Positions 1 through 9,043 of a stretch of DNA of 56,326 bases are shown here, piece by piece. The stretch is from a virus. Each line of letters opens with the position of its first letter. The first letter of the stretch is position 1. The notes under the pieces were generated by a model. That model ran no database searches, was not told where the DNA came from, and saw nothing but the letters and a program-made list of their open reading frames with translations. The position numbers were made by a program, and so were the translations under genes. Location: positions 1 to 56,326 of the IMG/VR virus record IMGVR_UViG_3300016665_000747; one strand, written 5' to 3'.

Positions 1-21
1 TTAAAATTATTAAAATTTTAT
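1..21. repeat. Terminal overlap copy 1 (ttaaaattattaaaattttat), identical to 56306-56326
   Basis: Exact 21/21 identity with the last 21 nt of the window, read directly. This is typical of a circular contig written with a k-mer overlap. Confidence 0.9.
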
Positions 22-90
22 TAGATATAGCACAAATGGCCGAAGCCTAAAACTCAAAAAAGCACGAGAAAATCAAGATTAAAAACTAGT

Positions 91-100
91 GTGTTATAAT
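91..100 (+). promoter_or_regulatory. Candidate extended -10 element GTGTTATAAT upstream of terL
   Basis: TGnTATAAT-type sequence about 35 nt upstream of the terL start. The same GTG(T/A)TATAAT string recurs at 16395 and 20316. Confidence 0.35.
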
Positions 101-135
101 TAGTTTAAGTAGGAAATAATACTTAAATAAGTTTG

Positions 136-1716
136 ATGCACCTAGCAGAGATAGAAAATCAAAGAGCAAAGCTTTTCTCTTTAAGAGAACGATACCTAGC
201 TACAGGTTCGCTGTATGAGTTTTTTAAAGCGGCATGGCCTTATATTGAGGGTAACATGCCTTATGTTGATAGCTGGCATATAAGAGCAATAGCCGAGCAT
301 TTAGAAGCGGTTTACGCGCGGCAAATAAAGAAGCTGATTATTAACGTTCCGCCCCGTACCGGCAAGACCAATTTAATATCGGTAGCTTTTCCTGCATGGG
401 TATGGATACATAACCCTAGTGAGAGGTTTTTAACTGTATCCTGCGTTAATTCCTTAAGTCTTGAGCATGCGCAGAAAAACAGAGCTTTACTCGAGAGCAA
501 CTGGTATCAGGATAACTGGGGCTATAGATTCCCTCTTCTAAAAGACCAGAACGTTAAGAGCTTTTTTCAGAATACAAAAACAGGATATAGGCAATCAACG
601 AGCGTAGTATCTAAAACTGTCGGTAAAGGCGGTTCAATCATTATCATTGATGACCCTAACGACCCGGGTGATCTCTCTGAAATCAAACGTGAGAACGTAA
701 TTAACTGGTGGACGCAAAGAATGTCTACCCGTTCAAATAACCCTGCTAATGACTGCCGAATAGTTGTCCAGCAAAGAACACATGAGAACGATTTAACCGG
801 CTATATCAGAAAGAACGATAGCGACAGCGACTGGGTAGAATTAGTGCTACCGCTAGAGTTTGAAGAAAAACGGAAGTGTATTACAGTTCCCCTTGGTATA
901 GACAAGAAAGTTTGGGAAGACCCAAGAAACAAAGAAGGGGAGTTACTCAGCGCCTTACGTTTTGGCGAGAAGCAGGTAAGTGAGTTAAAAAAGTTACTTG
1001 GCTCTTATGGATATGCAGGGCAATGTCAGCAAAGACCTGCTCCAATTGGCGGCGGGATAATCAAGAAAAAATGGTTTAAGCGCTGGACTAGTCCGATTAA
1101 GCCTAAATTTGATTACATATTGCAAAGCTGGGATACGGCAATCTCTGATGAACCGAGCGCTGCATATTCTGCTTGTACCACTTGGGGAATATGGGGTGAG
1201 AAATCCGAGGATGAGTTATTTAGGATGATGCTACTCTCTAGTTGGCGGGATCGTGTAGGCTACCCGGACCTCCGGGCTAGAGCGCAGCGCTTAAGCAATG
1301 ATTATAAGGATGTAGGCGATCATAAAAACCTAGTGCCTGCTCAAAGAACTGTTGATTGTTGTTTAATAGAAGCAAAGGCAACGGGCGATCCGTTAATACG
1401 TGATCTAAGGCTTGGAGGGATTCCTGCTATAGGATACACCCCCAAAGGCGATAAGAATGCAAGAGTACAGAGAGCAGCGCCGTTTATTGAATGCGGGCTT
1501 GTATATTTACCGACTGAAGAGAAAAACCCTGAAAGGCTAACTCCGTTCGCCGAGGAGTTTTTAGAAACAGTGATAACTTTTCCAAACGGGGAGTCAAAAG
1601 ACCTCGTTGACTCGATGACACAGGCAATTTTGTACCTCCGAGACTTTGATGCTTTAACCCACAGGAGCGATGTTAAGGAAGATGAAACCATTACTAAATT
1701 TAGGAAATTATACTAA
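136..1716 (+). CDS. terL: Terminase large subunit
   Basis: The ATG at 136 is preferred over the TTG at 133. Motifs: Walker A-like VPPRTGKT, Walker B IIIIDDPND, QQRTHENDL, and C-terminal nuclease-type acidic motifs (SWDTA, LIEAKATGD, DLVDSM). Confidence 0.85.
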   Translation: MHLAEIENQRAKLFSLRERYLATGSLYEFFKAAWPYIEGNMPYVDSWHIRAIAEHLEAVYARQIKKLIINVPPRTGKTNLISVAFPAWVWIHNPSERFLTVSCVNSLSLEHAQKNRALLESNWYQDNWGYRFPLLKDQNVKSFFQNTKTGYRQSTSVVSKTVGKGGSIIIIDDPNDPGDLSEIKRENVINWWTQRMSTRSNNPANDCRIVVQQRTHENDLTGYIRKNDSDSDWVELVLPLEFEEKRKCITVPLGIDKKVWEDPRNKEGELLSALRFGEKQVSELKKLLGSYGYAGQCQQRPAPIGGGIIKKKWFKRWTSPIKPKFDYILQSWDTAISDEPSAAYSACTTWGIWGEKSEDELFRMMLLSSWRDRVGYPDLRARAQRLSNDYKDVGDHKNLVPAQRTVDCCLIEAKATGDPLIRDLRLGGIPAIGYTPKGDKNARVQRAAPFIECGLVYLPTEEKNPERLTPFAEEFLETVITFPNGESKDLVDSMTQAILYLRDFDALTHRSDVKEDETITKFRKLY

Positions 1717-4013
1717 TGGCAAAAAGAAGAAAGCAAAAAAGAAAGACTAATCGTGATTTGTCAAGGCTAGAGAGTTTAGAGCCTGAATCTATGAATTTGG
1801 CTCAAAGATTACCGATGGAAGAAGATTTGGGCATTTTACCGGAAGAAGTAGAACTTCCCGAAGCAATGGATGATCCTCTTTTATCTTTAGAAGAGCAAAT
1901 TTTATCACGTATGGATAACGAAGCGGAGGAATTAGCCCCAACTGTTACTCCGTTTAATAGTAATTTTGCCGAGGAAATACCGGAAGCAGTCAGGGATAAA
2001 ATAGCTGCTTACCTGGAAGAGGTAACAAAAAAAGATAAGAAAAACCGCGCACCTTGGCTTGATATAATTGAAAAGGCTAAAACTCTACTTGGCTTTAAAA
2101 TTGAGGAAATACAAGACGGAGATAACGGGAGCATTCGTAAATCCAACTCTTCCATCGGAAATAGCGCGCAGGTTAAGACTTACGATACTACTTTCTCAAG
2201 CAGCGTTCTTCGGCTCTGGGCAACGCTTCGCTCCGAATTATTACCCGCTACCGGCCCTGTAGGCTTTAGAACCGATATAAGTGTGGAGGAAGACTACGAA
2301 TTAAAAGGCGAGATGGTCAGGGATATTTTAAACGAGTATTTAACAGTTGAAGATAAAGGCTTTTATCCTGATTACGATCGGTTCTTGTTATATCTGATTC
2401 TTTATGGGTGTGTATTCCGAAAAATCTACTACGACCCTATTACAGGTAAACCTCTGAGCCGTTTTATCATGCCTGAGGATTTTTTATTTGATAATAACTG
2501 CTCAAGTATTACCGAATCAAATCGTCTGACCCATATTAGGTATCTCTCTAAAAGGGAAATCCTCTTTAATATGAATAGCGGGATATTTTCCAAACTTGAC
2601 CTTGATTACCTAGATAACGTGGGCAGCAACGAGGGTGAAGAAGCAGAGGATAAAAATGAGCAAAAACAGGTTGATCCGACCGGTTCCCGTTTTCCTTTTT
2701 ATGAAACACACGAATATCTGGTTTTAAATGATTTTTTTGATGCAAGTAGCACGTCAGAGGATTACAGCATACCTCTACCTTATGTTATTACCAGATGCGG
2801 TGTTACTAATCAGATCGTATCACTTACGCCGAACTGGGATGAAAACGATCCAACCAGAACAAGGATTAACTGCTTTATTCATTATAATTTATTTCCCGGG
2901 TTTGATGTTTTTGGACTAGGTCTTGCTCAAATCCTCGGCTCTAATTCAAAGAGCTTAACTTCCATGCAGCAAATGGCGATTGATGCAGCTATTTTCCAGA
3001 ATTTCCCGGGAGGGATGAAGTCTAAGGGAATAAAGACTACTAATAATGATTTAACAATATTACCCGGGCAATTTGTAACTGTTGAAACCGGTAATTTGTC
3101 GCTGCGGGATTCAATCATGCCTCTTCCTTATAATGGGCCATCACCTGCTTTGCTTGAATATATTAACCGGATAACTACTCAGACACAGGAACTAGCGTCT
3201 GCAACTGAGATGGGGCTTACTGAAAATAATCAGAATACGCCTGTCGGTACTACCATTGCCTTGCTTGAAGTATCAAATCGGATGCAATCGGCAATAATGA
3301 GGACAGTTCATAGTAGTTTTAGTGAGGAGCTACAACTCTTTTATAAAATGTTCAATTTGCCGTCTCTACCTCTAGATAAAGAAAGCTTGAAGGTTATACC
3401 CGTATCTGATCCGTCTGTTGAATCTTCTACGCAGCGAATAATCAAGGCAGAGAGTATTTTAAAGTTAGCTAGCAGCAATCCTGAACTACATAACATGAGA
3501 GAGGTATATTTAAAAGTATATCAAGCACTCGGTATTAACGACATTGATAAGATACTACTCCCCGAAGCGCCGCCGGAGCAGCAGCAGGAGCAACCTATAG
3601 ACCCAGCTTTGCAGGTTCAGATTGCAGATATTGAGCAGCGAAGACTTGAAGTAGAGTCAAAGGAACGGCTAGCTCACTTAAATATTGAAGCTGACGGCTA
3701 TAAGACCCAAATGAACATTGAATTTGATAAGGCAAAACTAGAACAAGAGAAGTATTTAGCCGAGTTAAAAGCAGCTGGGCAACAAGAGCTTGCCGAGCAG
3801 AAATATCAAATTGAAGTTTTAAAACTCGAGTTAAACGAGAAAGAAAAAGTAATAGACACGTTAACCAAGGAACGGGAAATGAGTACTAAGAACGAGCTTG
3901 AATTACTAAAGCTTGAGTACAAGGCAAAAGAAGCTGAGTTAAAGGCACAAGTAGAAGCTCTAAGATCGCAAATTCCACCCGAGCCAACACAAGAGGAGAT
4001 TATTTATGGATAG
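1716..4013 (+). CDS. Portal protein (with long C-terminal coiled-coil extension)
   Basis: 765 aa. It starts in a TAATG overlap with the terL stop. Size and position are typical of a portal, and the last ~170 aa are E/K/Q-rich heptad-like. The call rests on synteny and size only. Confidence 0.65.
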   Translation: MAKRRKQKRKTNRDLSRLESLEPESMNLAQRLPMEEDLGILPEEVELPEAMDDPLLSLEEQILSRMDNEAEELAPTVTPFNSNFAEEIPEAVRDKIAAYLEEVTKKDKKNRAPWLDIIEKAKTLLGFKIEEIQDGDNGSIRKSNSSIGNSAQVKTYDTTFSSSVLRLWATLRSELLPATGPVGFRTDISVEEDYELKGEMVRDILNEYLTVEDKGFYPDYDRFLLYLILYGCVFRKIYYDPITGKPLSRFIMPEDFLFDNNCSSITESNRLTHIRYLSKREILFNMNSGIFSKLDLDYLDNVGSNEGEEAEDKNEQKQVDPTGSRFPFYETHEYLVLNDFFDASSTSEDYSIPLPYVITRCGVTNQIVSLTPNWDENDPTRTRINCFIHYNLFPGFDVFGLGLAQILGSNSKSLTSMQQMAIDAAIFQNFPGGMKSKGIKTTNNDLTILPGQFVTVETGNLSLRDSIMPLPYNGPSPALLEYINRITTQTQELASATEMGLTENNQNTPVGTTIALLEVSNRMQSAIMRTVHSSFSEELQLFYKMFNLPSLPLDKESLKVIPVSDPSVESSTQRIIKAESILKLASSNPELHNMREVYLKVYQALGINDIDKILLPEAPPEQQQEQPIDPALQVQIADIEQRRLEVESKERLAHLNIEADGYKTQMNIEFDKAKLEQEKYLAELKAAGQQELAEQKYQIEVLKLELNEKEKVIDTLTKEREMSTKNELELLKLEYKAKEAELKAQVEALRSQIPPEPTQEEIIYG

Positions 4014-4179
4014 ACAAAAAAGAGAGTTCGCTACTCGCCAAATGCAAGAGAGAGCCAGAGAAAAAGAAACAAGCTGTAATAAGTATGCTGCCGGGGGAGC
4101 TGCTAAAATTAGAAAAAACGTTGCTACCAAGAGCGGCGCAGCAGTAAAGCCCAGAAATATGGGGAGGAGCGGCAAATGA
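4006..4179 (+). CDS. Small basic protein (57 aa), not in the ORF track
   Basis: The ATG lies 8 nt before the portal stop, and its TGA overlaps the ATG of the next ORF (ATGA). Sequence MDRQKREFATRQMQERAREKE...; packing suggests translational coupling. Confidence 0.4.
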   Translation: MDRQKREFATRQMQERAREKETSCNKYAAGGAAKIRKNVATKSGAAVKPRNMGRSGK

Positions 4180-4391
4180 ACCGAAATAATATCTATAGCC
4201 GAGGCTCTTTTACTGCCAAGGTTATAGGAAATATTGAAGCTGAAATTGATAGATACAGGAGCATTTTAAGTAATCCGGCCAGCATCTCTACGCTAGAGGA
4301 TTACAAGTATCATGTCGGGGTAATTGCCGGTCTTGATATAGCTCTTGAACTGTTTAACAGACACATAATAGAGGTAAATAACAATGAATAA
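4176..4391 (+). CDS. Hypothetical protein (head module)
   Basis: 71-aa ORF in the co-directional, tightly packed late operon. No motif recognised. Confidence 0.5.
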   Translation: MNRNNIYSRGSFTAKVIGNIEAEIDRYRSILSNPASISTLEDYKYHVGVIAGLDIALELFNRHIIEVNNNE

Positions 4392-4812
4392 CTGTGAAAT
4401 AACCAATTACAAACCAGAAGATTTTAAAACCAAAGGAATTGATCTCCAAAGCTTTAATAAGGAAACAATGATAGAGAGATTCAAGGAAGTATCGGTTACT
4501 GGAATCAATGTATTAATTCTTATTTACAAACCGCCTGTTGAGGAGGTCACAAGAGGAGGGGTTATCATCCCGCAAACTGCCGTAAAAGACGACCTGGAAT
4601 ACAACTCAATGGTCGGCATGGTATTAAAGCTTGGTCCGGATAGCTATAAGGGTGATCAGTTCCCGAGCGGCCCTTATGTAAAAGAGGGAGACTGGGTCAT
4701 ATTCCCGCGTGGTTCATCATTGCAGTCAAAATATGAGGGTGAGCCGATAATTATGGTAGAGGATTTTAAAATCAAACTACTAGTCGATAATCCATCAAAA
4801 GTATCAAGGTAA
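4384..4812 (+). CDS. GroES-like co-chaperonin domain protein
   Basis: The C-terminal ~95 aa follow the GroES pattern: ...EVTRGGVIIPQTAVKD...MVGMVLKLGP...VKEGDWVIFPRGSS...EGEPIIMVEDFKIKLLV (compare GGIVL...GEVLAVG...VKVGDIVIF...EEVLIMSESDILAIV). Confidence 0.55.
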   Translation: MNNCEITNYKPEDFKTKGIDLQSFNKETMIERFKEVSVTGINVLILIYKPPVEEVTRGGVIIPQTAVKDDLEYNSMVGMVLKLGPDSYKGDQFPSGPYVKEGDWVIFPRGSSLQSKYEGEPIIMVEDFKIKLLVDNPSKVSR

Positions 4813-4816
4813 GAAT

Positions 4817-5797
4817 ATGTTTAAAATAGATATTGAAAATACAAGCGACTTAAACGCTGCTATTCCACCTTTAAAAGAGCTGGATGAAAACAAGGATGAC
4901 AAGCTTGAGGACAAAGAAGCCCAAAAGAATGTCGAAGCAACTGAGCAGGAATCGGAAAATATAGAGGATAAGAATGAAAAAATTGATATTTCTGGGGATG
5001 TTAGTGAAAAAGACGAAAAGTCTACTAAAACTTCTGTCTCTGAAAAAGACAGAGAAAAATACTGGTCTAAATTAAAAAAAGAACGTGAAGAAAAAGCGAA
5101 GCTTACCGAGCAGCTAGATCAGTTACAGCAGGAAAAACTGCAAATGGAGCAGTTGCTCCGCCAAGCTATAAATACTGGTTCTACCCATTATAAGAACAAT
5201 GTTGCCGGCGAACTTGAAATGGCTCAGGCAAGGTTGCAGTTGGCACTGGAAAGCGGTGATGCTGCCGGGGTTAGCAGAGCTACAGCTGAGATTTCAAAGG
5301 CAACACATGCTTTGAATGAAGCCTCAAGAATAGCAAGTTTTCCCAAAGAAGAATATTCCGAAGAACATCTTAATCAGGTTCGGGCTAGAGAATATGAGGA
5401 TAGATTATATAGCTGGCTTGAAAGCAATCCCGAAGTAGATAAAAACGCCCCTGAGTATGATGAGAAGCTAGCTACATCAGTATTATCCTTTATTAAAAGA
5501 CTAGATCGCAAATACCAGACTACCAATAAGGAACATCTAATAGGTTCTGGTAGTTATTACAGCATGATAGATGAGTATATCGACAATTTAAAAGCACAGG
5601 ATACGACTACAACTCCTGCCAAACATTTTGGGGCAGTTCGCAGCCGTGCTCCCATGGAAGGGGTTCCTGATCCAAAAACAAGGGAATTAAGCGATAGAGA
5701 GAAAAAGGCGGCGCTTGCCTTTGGTATGTCTTATGAGAGATATCGTGAGCTTCTAGATAAACATAATAAGGAAATGAGGTCAAAAAATGGCAATTAA
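4817..5797 (+). CDS. Putative scaffolding protein
   Basis: 326 aa with an acidic, low-complexity N-terminus and long predicted coiled coil (EREEKAKLTEQLDQLQQEKLQMEQLL). It lies between portal and capsid genes. Confidence 0.5.
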   Translation: MFKIDIENTSDLNAAIPPLKELDENKDDKLEDKEAQKNVEATEQESENIEDKNEKIDISGDVSEKDEKSTKTSVSEKDREKYWSKLKKEREEKAKLTEQLDQLQQEKLQMEQLLRQAINTGSTHYKNNVAGELEMAQARLQLALESGDAAGVSRATAEISKATHALNEASRIASFPKEEYSEEHLNQVRAREYEDRLYSWLESNPEVDKNAPEYDEKLATSVLSFIKRLDRKYQTTNKEHLIGSGSYYSMIDEYIDNLKAQDTTTTPAKHFGAVRSRAPMEGVPDPKTRELSDREKKAALAFGMSYERYRELLDKHNKEMRSKNGN

Positions 5798-6242
5798 ATA
5801 TAAACAAGACAAGAATAATGAGTTTAAGTCCGTAGATAGAGATATTAGGGAACATGATCTTGAAAACAATGATTTTGATTTGATGTTCACTGATTCAACC
5901 TGTCCTTTCAAGGCTTTAATCGAGGAAATAATGCAACCGGGGGAAGAATATTACTTTGCCTTTAATAGCCCTGAACGTATTAACAGGCTACTCGCAAAGA
6001 AGTGGTATATCGTATCTCCTGATAGGCTTAAAAACAAACGTACTTATAGAGGGGACTTAAGATCGGAAAATGATTGTATTACTACCGGTGATACTATCTT
6101 ACTTGCAAGAGACGAACGTTATGGGATTAAAGAGCAGGAATATTACGAAAACAAGGCTATAAGAGTAATGCGTGATACTTTGCAGAAAGTACAAACGGAC
6201 ATCTATAATCCGGTCATGCCGTTTTCAGACAGGGCAATGTAG
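5787..6242 (+). CDS. Hypothetical protein (head module)
   Basis: 151-aa ORF that overlaps the end of the scaffold gene by 11 nt. No motif recognised. Confidence 0.55.
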   Translation: MAIKYKQDKNNEFKSVDRDIREHDLENNDFDLMFTDSTCPFKALIEEIMQPGEEYYFAFNSPERINRLLAKKWYIVSPDRLKNKRTYRGDLRSENDCITTGDTILLARDERYGIKEQEYYENKAIRVMRDTLQKVQTDIYNPVMPFSDRAM

Positions 6243-6248
6243 GATATT

Positions 6249-7340
6249 ATGTCTTATTCTAAAATCATACTAGATAGCGACATTAAACTATCCTGGCCTT
6301 ATCCCCGCACTGAAGGGGAGATTGCCAGTGACATTAATAATGTGATTTCTGAAAATGATGCATATACAATTACTTTGCCGCCTGCCAATACTGTAGAAAC
6401 CGGTACTAGCCTGTTGTTTAATAATGTCGGACAAAAAGACTTTACCCTCTTATATAATGACGGAACGCCGTTAACTAACGTAATTATTCCAGGGGAAGTA
6501 ATACAGATATATCTCACTGAGAATCTAACTAGCACAGGAGTATGGCAGGTAATACCTTTTGGGGGTGGTAGCAGCGGTATAGTAAGCTTTTCTACAGAAA
6601 GTCTGAATAACAGTTTACAGATTACAAATTCGACTGTTACTCCTCCGACCGGTAACATTATTTTTAAAATTGCCGATTCGTTGAATAATTTAAATAATCT
6701 AACTACTCAGGTACAGAATGGGTTTTTAGTAATAACCGGTAATAGTCCATTAAGTTTTGTAACTCGAAAGATAGGAGGCGGCTCTAATATAAATGTACAA
6801 AGCGGTGATGGGGAAACAAATGACGTAATTATCAATTTAGCCGACTCTCTAGTAGGATTATCCAGTATTAATGTCGGTAATCTCTTGATCTCGGTAAATA
6901 CCATTACTACCGCAAGTGGTGATCAGGATATTAACCTTGCTACTGTAGATGATGGAGTAATTAATTTAAACAGTACTCAAATTGACAATGTCGGTAATAT
7001 GAGCATACCGGGGAAGATTATAAATCCTGCTACTGCTAAAGCTTATTGTTTCTTTTACGATAATAATGCTCCAACTAATAATATCCAGATAGAGAGCAGC
7101 TTTAATATAGCATCGGTTAGCGGAGCGCAAGGGTCATATGTTATAACGTTTGCTACTCCTTTTCCTGATGGTAATTATGCTGTATTACCAGCATTAGCAC
7201 GCGGAACGGAAGTAATAGCGCCGTTTCAGGTGTTCTTTAGGTCTAGGTCAGCTACTGAGGTTATCATTTTTGCAACCGATACGCTGGGCAATTTGCTTCC
7301 TGTACTCGATGGCGTATCCGTCGTGGTATTTGGTAGTTAA
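6249..7340 (+). CDS. Hypothetical virion protein (fibre/decoration-like, T/S/N/G-rich)
   Basis: 363 aa with beta-rich, low-charge composition typical of fibre or decoration proteins. No diagnostic motif. Confidence 0.45.
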   Translation: MSYSKIILDSDIKLSWPYPRTEGEIASDINNVISENDAYTITLPPANTVETGTSLLFNNVGQKDFTLLYNDGTPLTNVIIPGEVIQIYLTENLTSTGVWQVIPFGGGSSGIVSFSTESLNNSLQITNSTVTPPTGNIIFKIADSLNNLNNLTTQVQNGFLVITGNSPLSFVTRKIGGGSNINVQSGDGETNDVIINLADSLVGLSSINVGNLLISVNTITTASGDQDINLATVDDGVINLNSTQIDNVGNMSIPGKIINPATAKAYCFFYDNNAPTNNIQIESSFNIASVSGAQGSYVITFATPFPDGNYAVLPALARGTEVIAPFQVFFRSRSATEVIIFATDTLGNLLPVLDGVSVVVFGS

Positions 7341-7371
7341 TTTTTAAAGAATTTAATCGAGATAATATGTT

Positions 7372-7746
7372 ATGTATGAATATCAAATAGAAGAAATATT
7401 TTTACACTCAGAGGGTTATGCAGAAGTGAAAATCTCCTTAGACATTGAAAGGAAATACAAAATAATATTAAAGTTTACTAAGGGTTTTATTGAAGATTTT
7501 ATTTTAGGTGTTGCTTCGGAAGAAGAAGTTAAAAGCAAACTAGAAAATTTATTGTTAAATAAGGATAAGTTTTTATTAATTAGGTTAGTTAGACTAGCAC
7601 TTGGCCACCCAATTATAAAAAAACAATTGCGAACCAATCAAAATGGAATATTCGGTATTGATTTAATAAAATGGCAAAAAATAATGGACAGGATAGAACA
7701 AGAAGAGCTTGAAGCAATACTCGCTCAAGGGCTTGAAGATATTTAA
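7372..7746 (+). CDS. Hypothetical protein
   Basis: 124-aa ORF, last gene before a 320-bp non-coding leader. Confidence 0.5.
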   Translation: MYEYQIEEIFLHSEGYAEVKISLDIERKYKIILKFTKGFIEDFILGVASEEEVKSKLENLLLNKDKFLLIRLVRLALGHPIIKKQLRTNQNGIFGIDLIKWQKIMDRIEQEELEAILAQGLEDI

Positions 7747-7770
7747 ACAATCCTAAATTAGTAGTACGAT

Positions 7771-7800
7771 TTGCAAAAGCAGTAGTCCTTTTGCTATAAT
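7771..7800 (+). promoter_or_regulatory. Candidate sigma70-type promoter TTGCAA-N18-TATAAT
   Basis: Hexamers read directly at 7771-7776 and 7795-7800. It would drive the 8070-9973 capsid-region genes through a ~270-nt leader. Confidence 0.4.
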
Positions 7801-7818
7801 ATAATTAGATAGAAAAAA

Positions 7819-7842
7819 GTCATGACTAGACTTAAAAAGGTC
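7819..7842 (+). repeat. 24-nt direct repeat copy 1 (gtcatgactagacttaaaaaggtc)
   Basis: 21/24 identical to 7939-7962, exactly 120 bp downstream. Both copies lie in the untranslated leader. Confidence 0.7.
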
Positions 7843-7938
7843 GTAGTTTGTAGCTAAATCTTTTTCTGGAAAAGCTACCTCTGTCATCGCAAGACACAAA
7901 AAGGCTAGTTTTGAAACTTATCTATAACAAAGTTTATC

Positions 7939-7962
7939 GTCATAACTAGACGTTAAAAGGTC
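7939..7962 (+). repeat. 24-nt direct repeat copy 2 (gtcataactagacgttaaaaggtc)
   Basis: See copy 1. It contains a short agac/gtct inverted pair. Confidence 0.7.
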
Positions 7963-8069
7963 TCCTGAGCTTGAATTAGCTTATCTTTTATAACAATTAA
8001 GCATCGCTTTGAATTGTTACGTATTTTTAATACTTTTTAATAAATTTTAAATTAAAAGAGGAAATAATT

Positions 8070-8900
8070 ATGTCTAATGGCATTAACGCCCCTTATGGAT
8101 TGCAAATAGTTCAATCTCAAATAGGAAACGGCGGAACACAAAAACTAGGTCAATACTTTATTTATGCATCTGATGACGGCTTAACTACTTATAATGGTAA
8201 TATTTTTCAAGGGGACTTAGTAAGAATGAAACCACCTGCTGATACGATTCCCAATTCTATTGCAGGAGGAACAGGTACTGTAGTTGCAGGATATACCCCT
8301 GTTGCAAACAATCCAGCTACTCCAGTTACAGGAATACCTGTAGGAATTTTTATAGGTTGTGAATTTACGGATGCCTTAACTGGTTATCGAGTAAGTTCTG
8401 ATTACTGGCCGGCAAGCAGACAAGTTAAAAAAGGAACAAAAATCATTGCTTGGGTTAATGATGACCCAGAAGTAGTATTTAAAGTTCAGATTTCTACTTC
8501 AACAAATAATGCTATAGCTGCTGCACAAGGTGGTGTTTATGCACCTTCAGTTTTTCAATCAGCTTTTATTGGTCAAAATGCTTTCTTACAAGTAGGTGGA
8601 ACTCCTTTTAATGCTCCAGTTGGTGCAGTTCCTACAAATAATCCAGCAACAGGTAATACTACAACTGGACAATCTGCTTATTACTTAGATGGTTCAACTA
8701 TTACAATAACTGCATCAGGAGGCGATGGTAATATAACTAGGGAAATTAAAATTCTTGGTTTAGTTCCAGAATTACAGACGAATGCCAATCCAACGAACTT
8801 AATACAAGGTGTTAGTATGCCTTTTATTGATGTTCTATGTAAATTCAATGTACATATTCATGGTTCTACAGGAACTCCAGGAGCAAAATTAACTGCATAA
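8070..8900 (+). CDS. Hypothetical abundant virion protein (candidate decoration or second capsid protein)
   Basis: 276 aa with a strong RBS (aaaagaggaaataattATG). It lies immediately upstream of the capsid gene, after a long leader with a promoter-like element. G/T/N/A/P-rich, beta-type composition. Confidence 0.4.
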   Translation: MSNGINAPYGLQIVQSQIGNGGTQKLGQYFIYASDDGLTTYNGNIFQGDLVRMKPPADTIPNSIAGGTGTVVAGYTPVANNPATPVTGIPVGIFIGCEFTDALTGYRVSSDYWPASRQVKKGTKIIAWVNDDPEVVFKVQISTSTNNAIAAAQGGVYAPSVFQSAFIGQNAFLQVGGTPFNAPVGAVPTNNPATGNTTTGQSAYYLDGSTITITASGGDGNITREIKILGLVPELQTNANPTNLIQGVSMPFIDVLCKFNVHIHGSTGTPGAKLTA

Positions 8901-8909
8901 GGTAAGATC

Positions 8910-9041
8910 ATGTCTATAACTACAACAGGCAATATGCCGTATCTTTTAAAGGAAGGATTATATCTACCGAAAGAGAAGAAAAAAACACCTGTTAAGGCAG
9001 GATCAGTAAAGAAAACTAACACTAAAAATAAAGGTAATTAA
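8910..9041 (+). CDS. Small ORF (43 aa) whose N-terminus duplicates the capsid protein N-terminus
   Basis: MSITTTGNMPYLLKEGLY... compares with the capsid MSIITTGDIPSLLWPGLY.... A lysine-rich tail follows. The ORF is not in the track (under 60 aa). Confidence 0.35.
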   Translation: MSITTTGNMPYLLKEGLYLPKEKKKTPVKAGSVKKTNTKNKGN

Positions 9042-9043
9042 TT

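Noticed and set aside
312-1691. Minus-strand ORFs 312-500 and 1341-1691 inside terL
   Set aside because: They lie entirely antisense to a well-supported terminase gene and have no RBS or motif. They are typical shadow ORFs.
2068-3118. ORFs 2068-2262, 2728-2919 (+, other frames) and 2927-3118 (-) inside the portal gene
   Set aside because: They are nested in a long coding ORF in alternative frames or antisense. Their composition is low-complexity or hydrophobic, consistent with chance.
3960-4175. Minus-strand ORF 3960-4175
   Set aside because: It is antisense to the portal 3' end and to the plus-strand 57-aa ORF, which fits the ATGA-coupled operon layout better.
6299-6904. Minus-strand ORFs 6299-6658 and 6707-6904
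   Set aside because: They are antisense to the 363-aa plus-strand ORF in a uniformly plus-strand operon.
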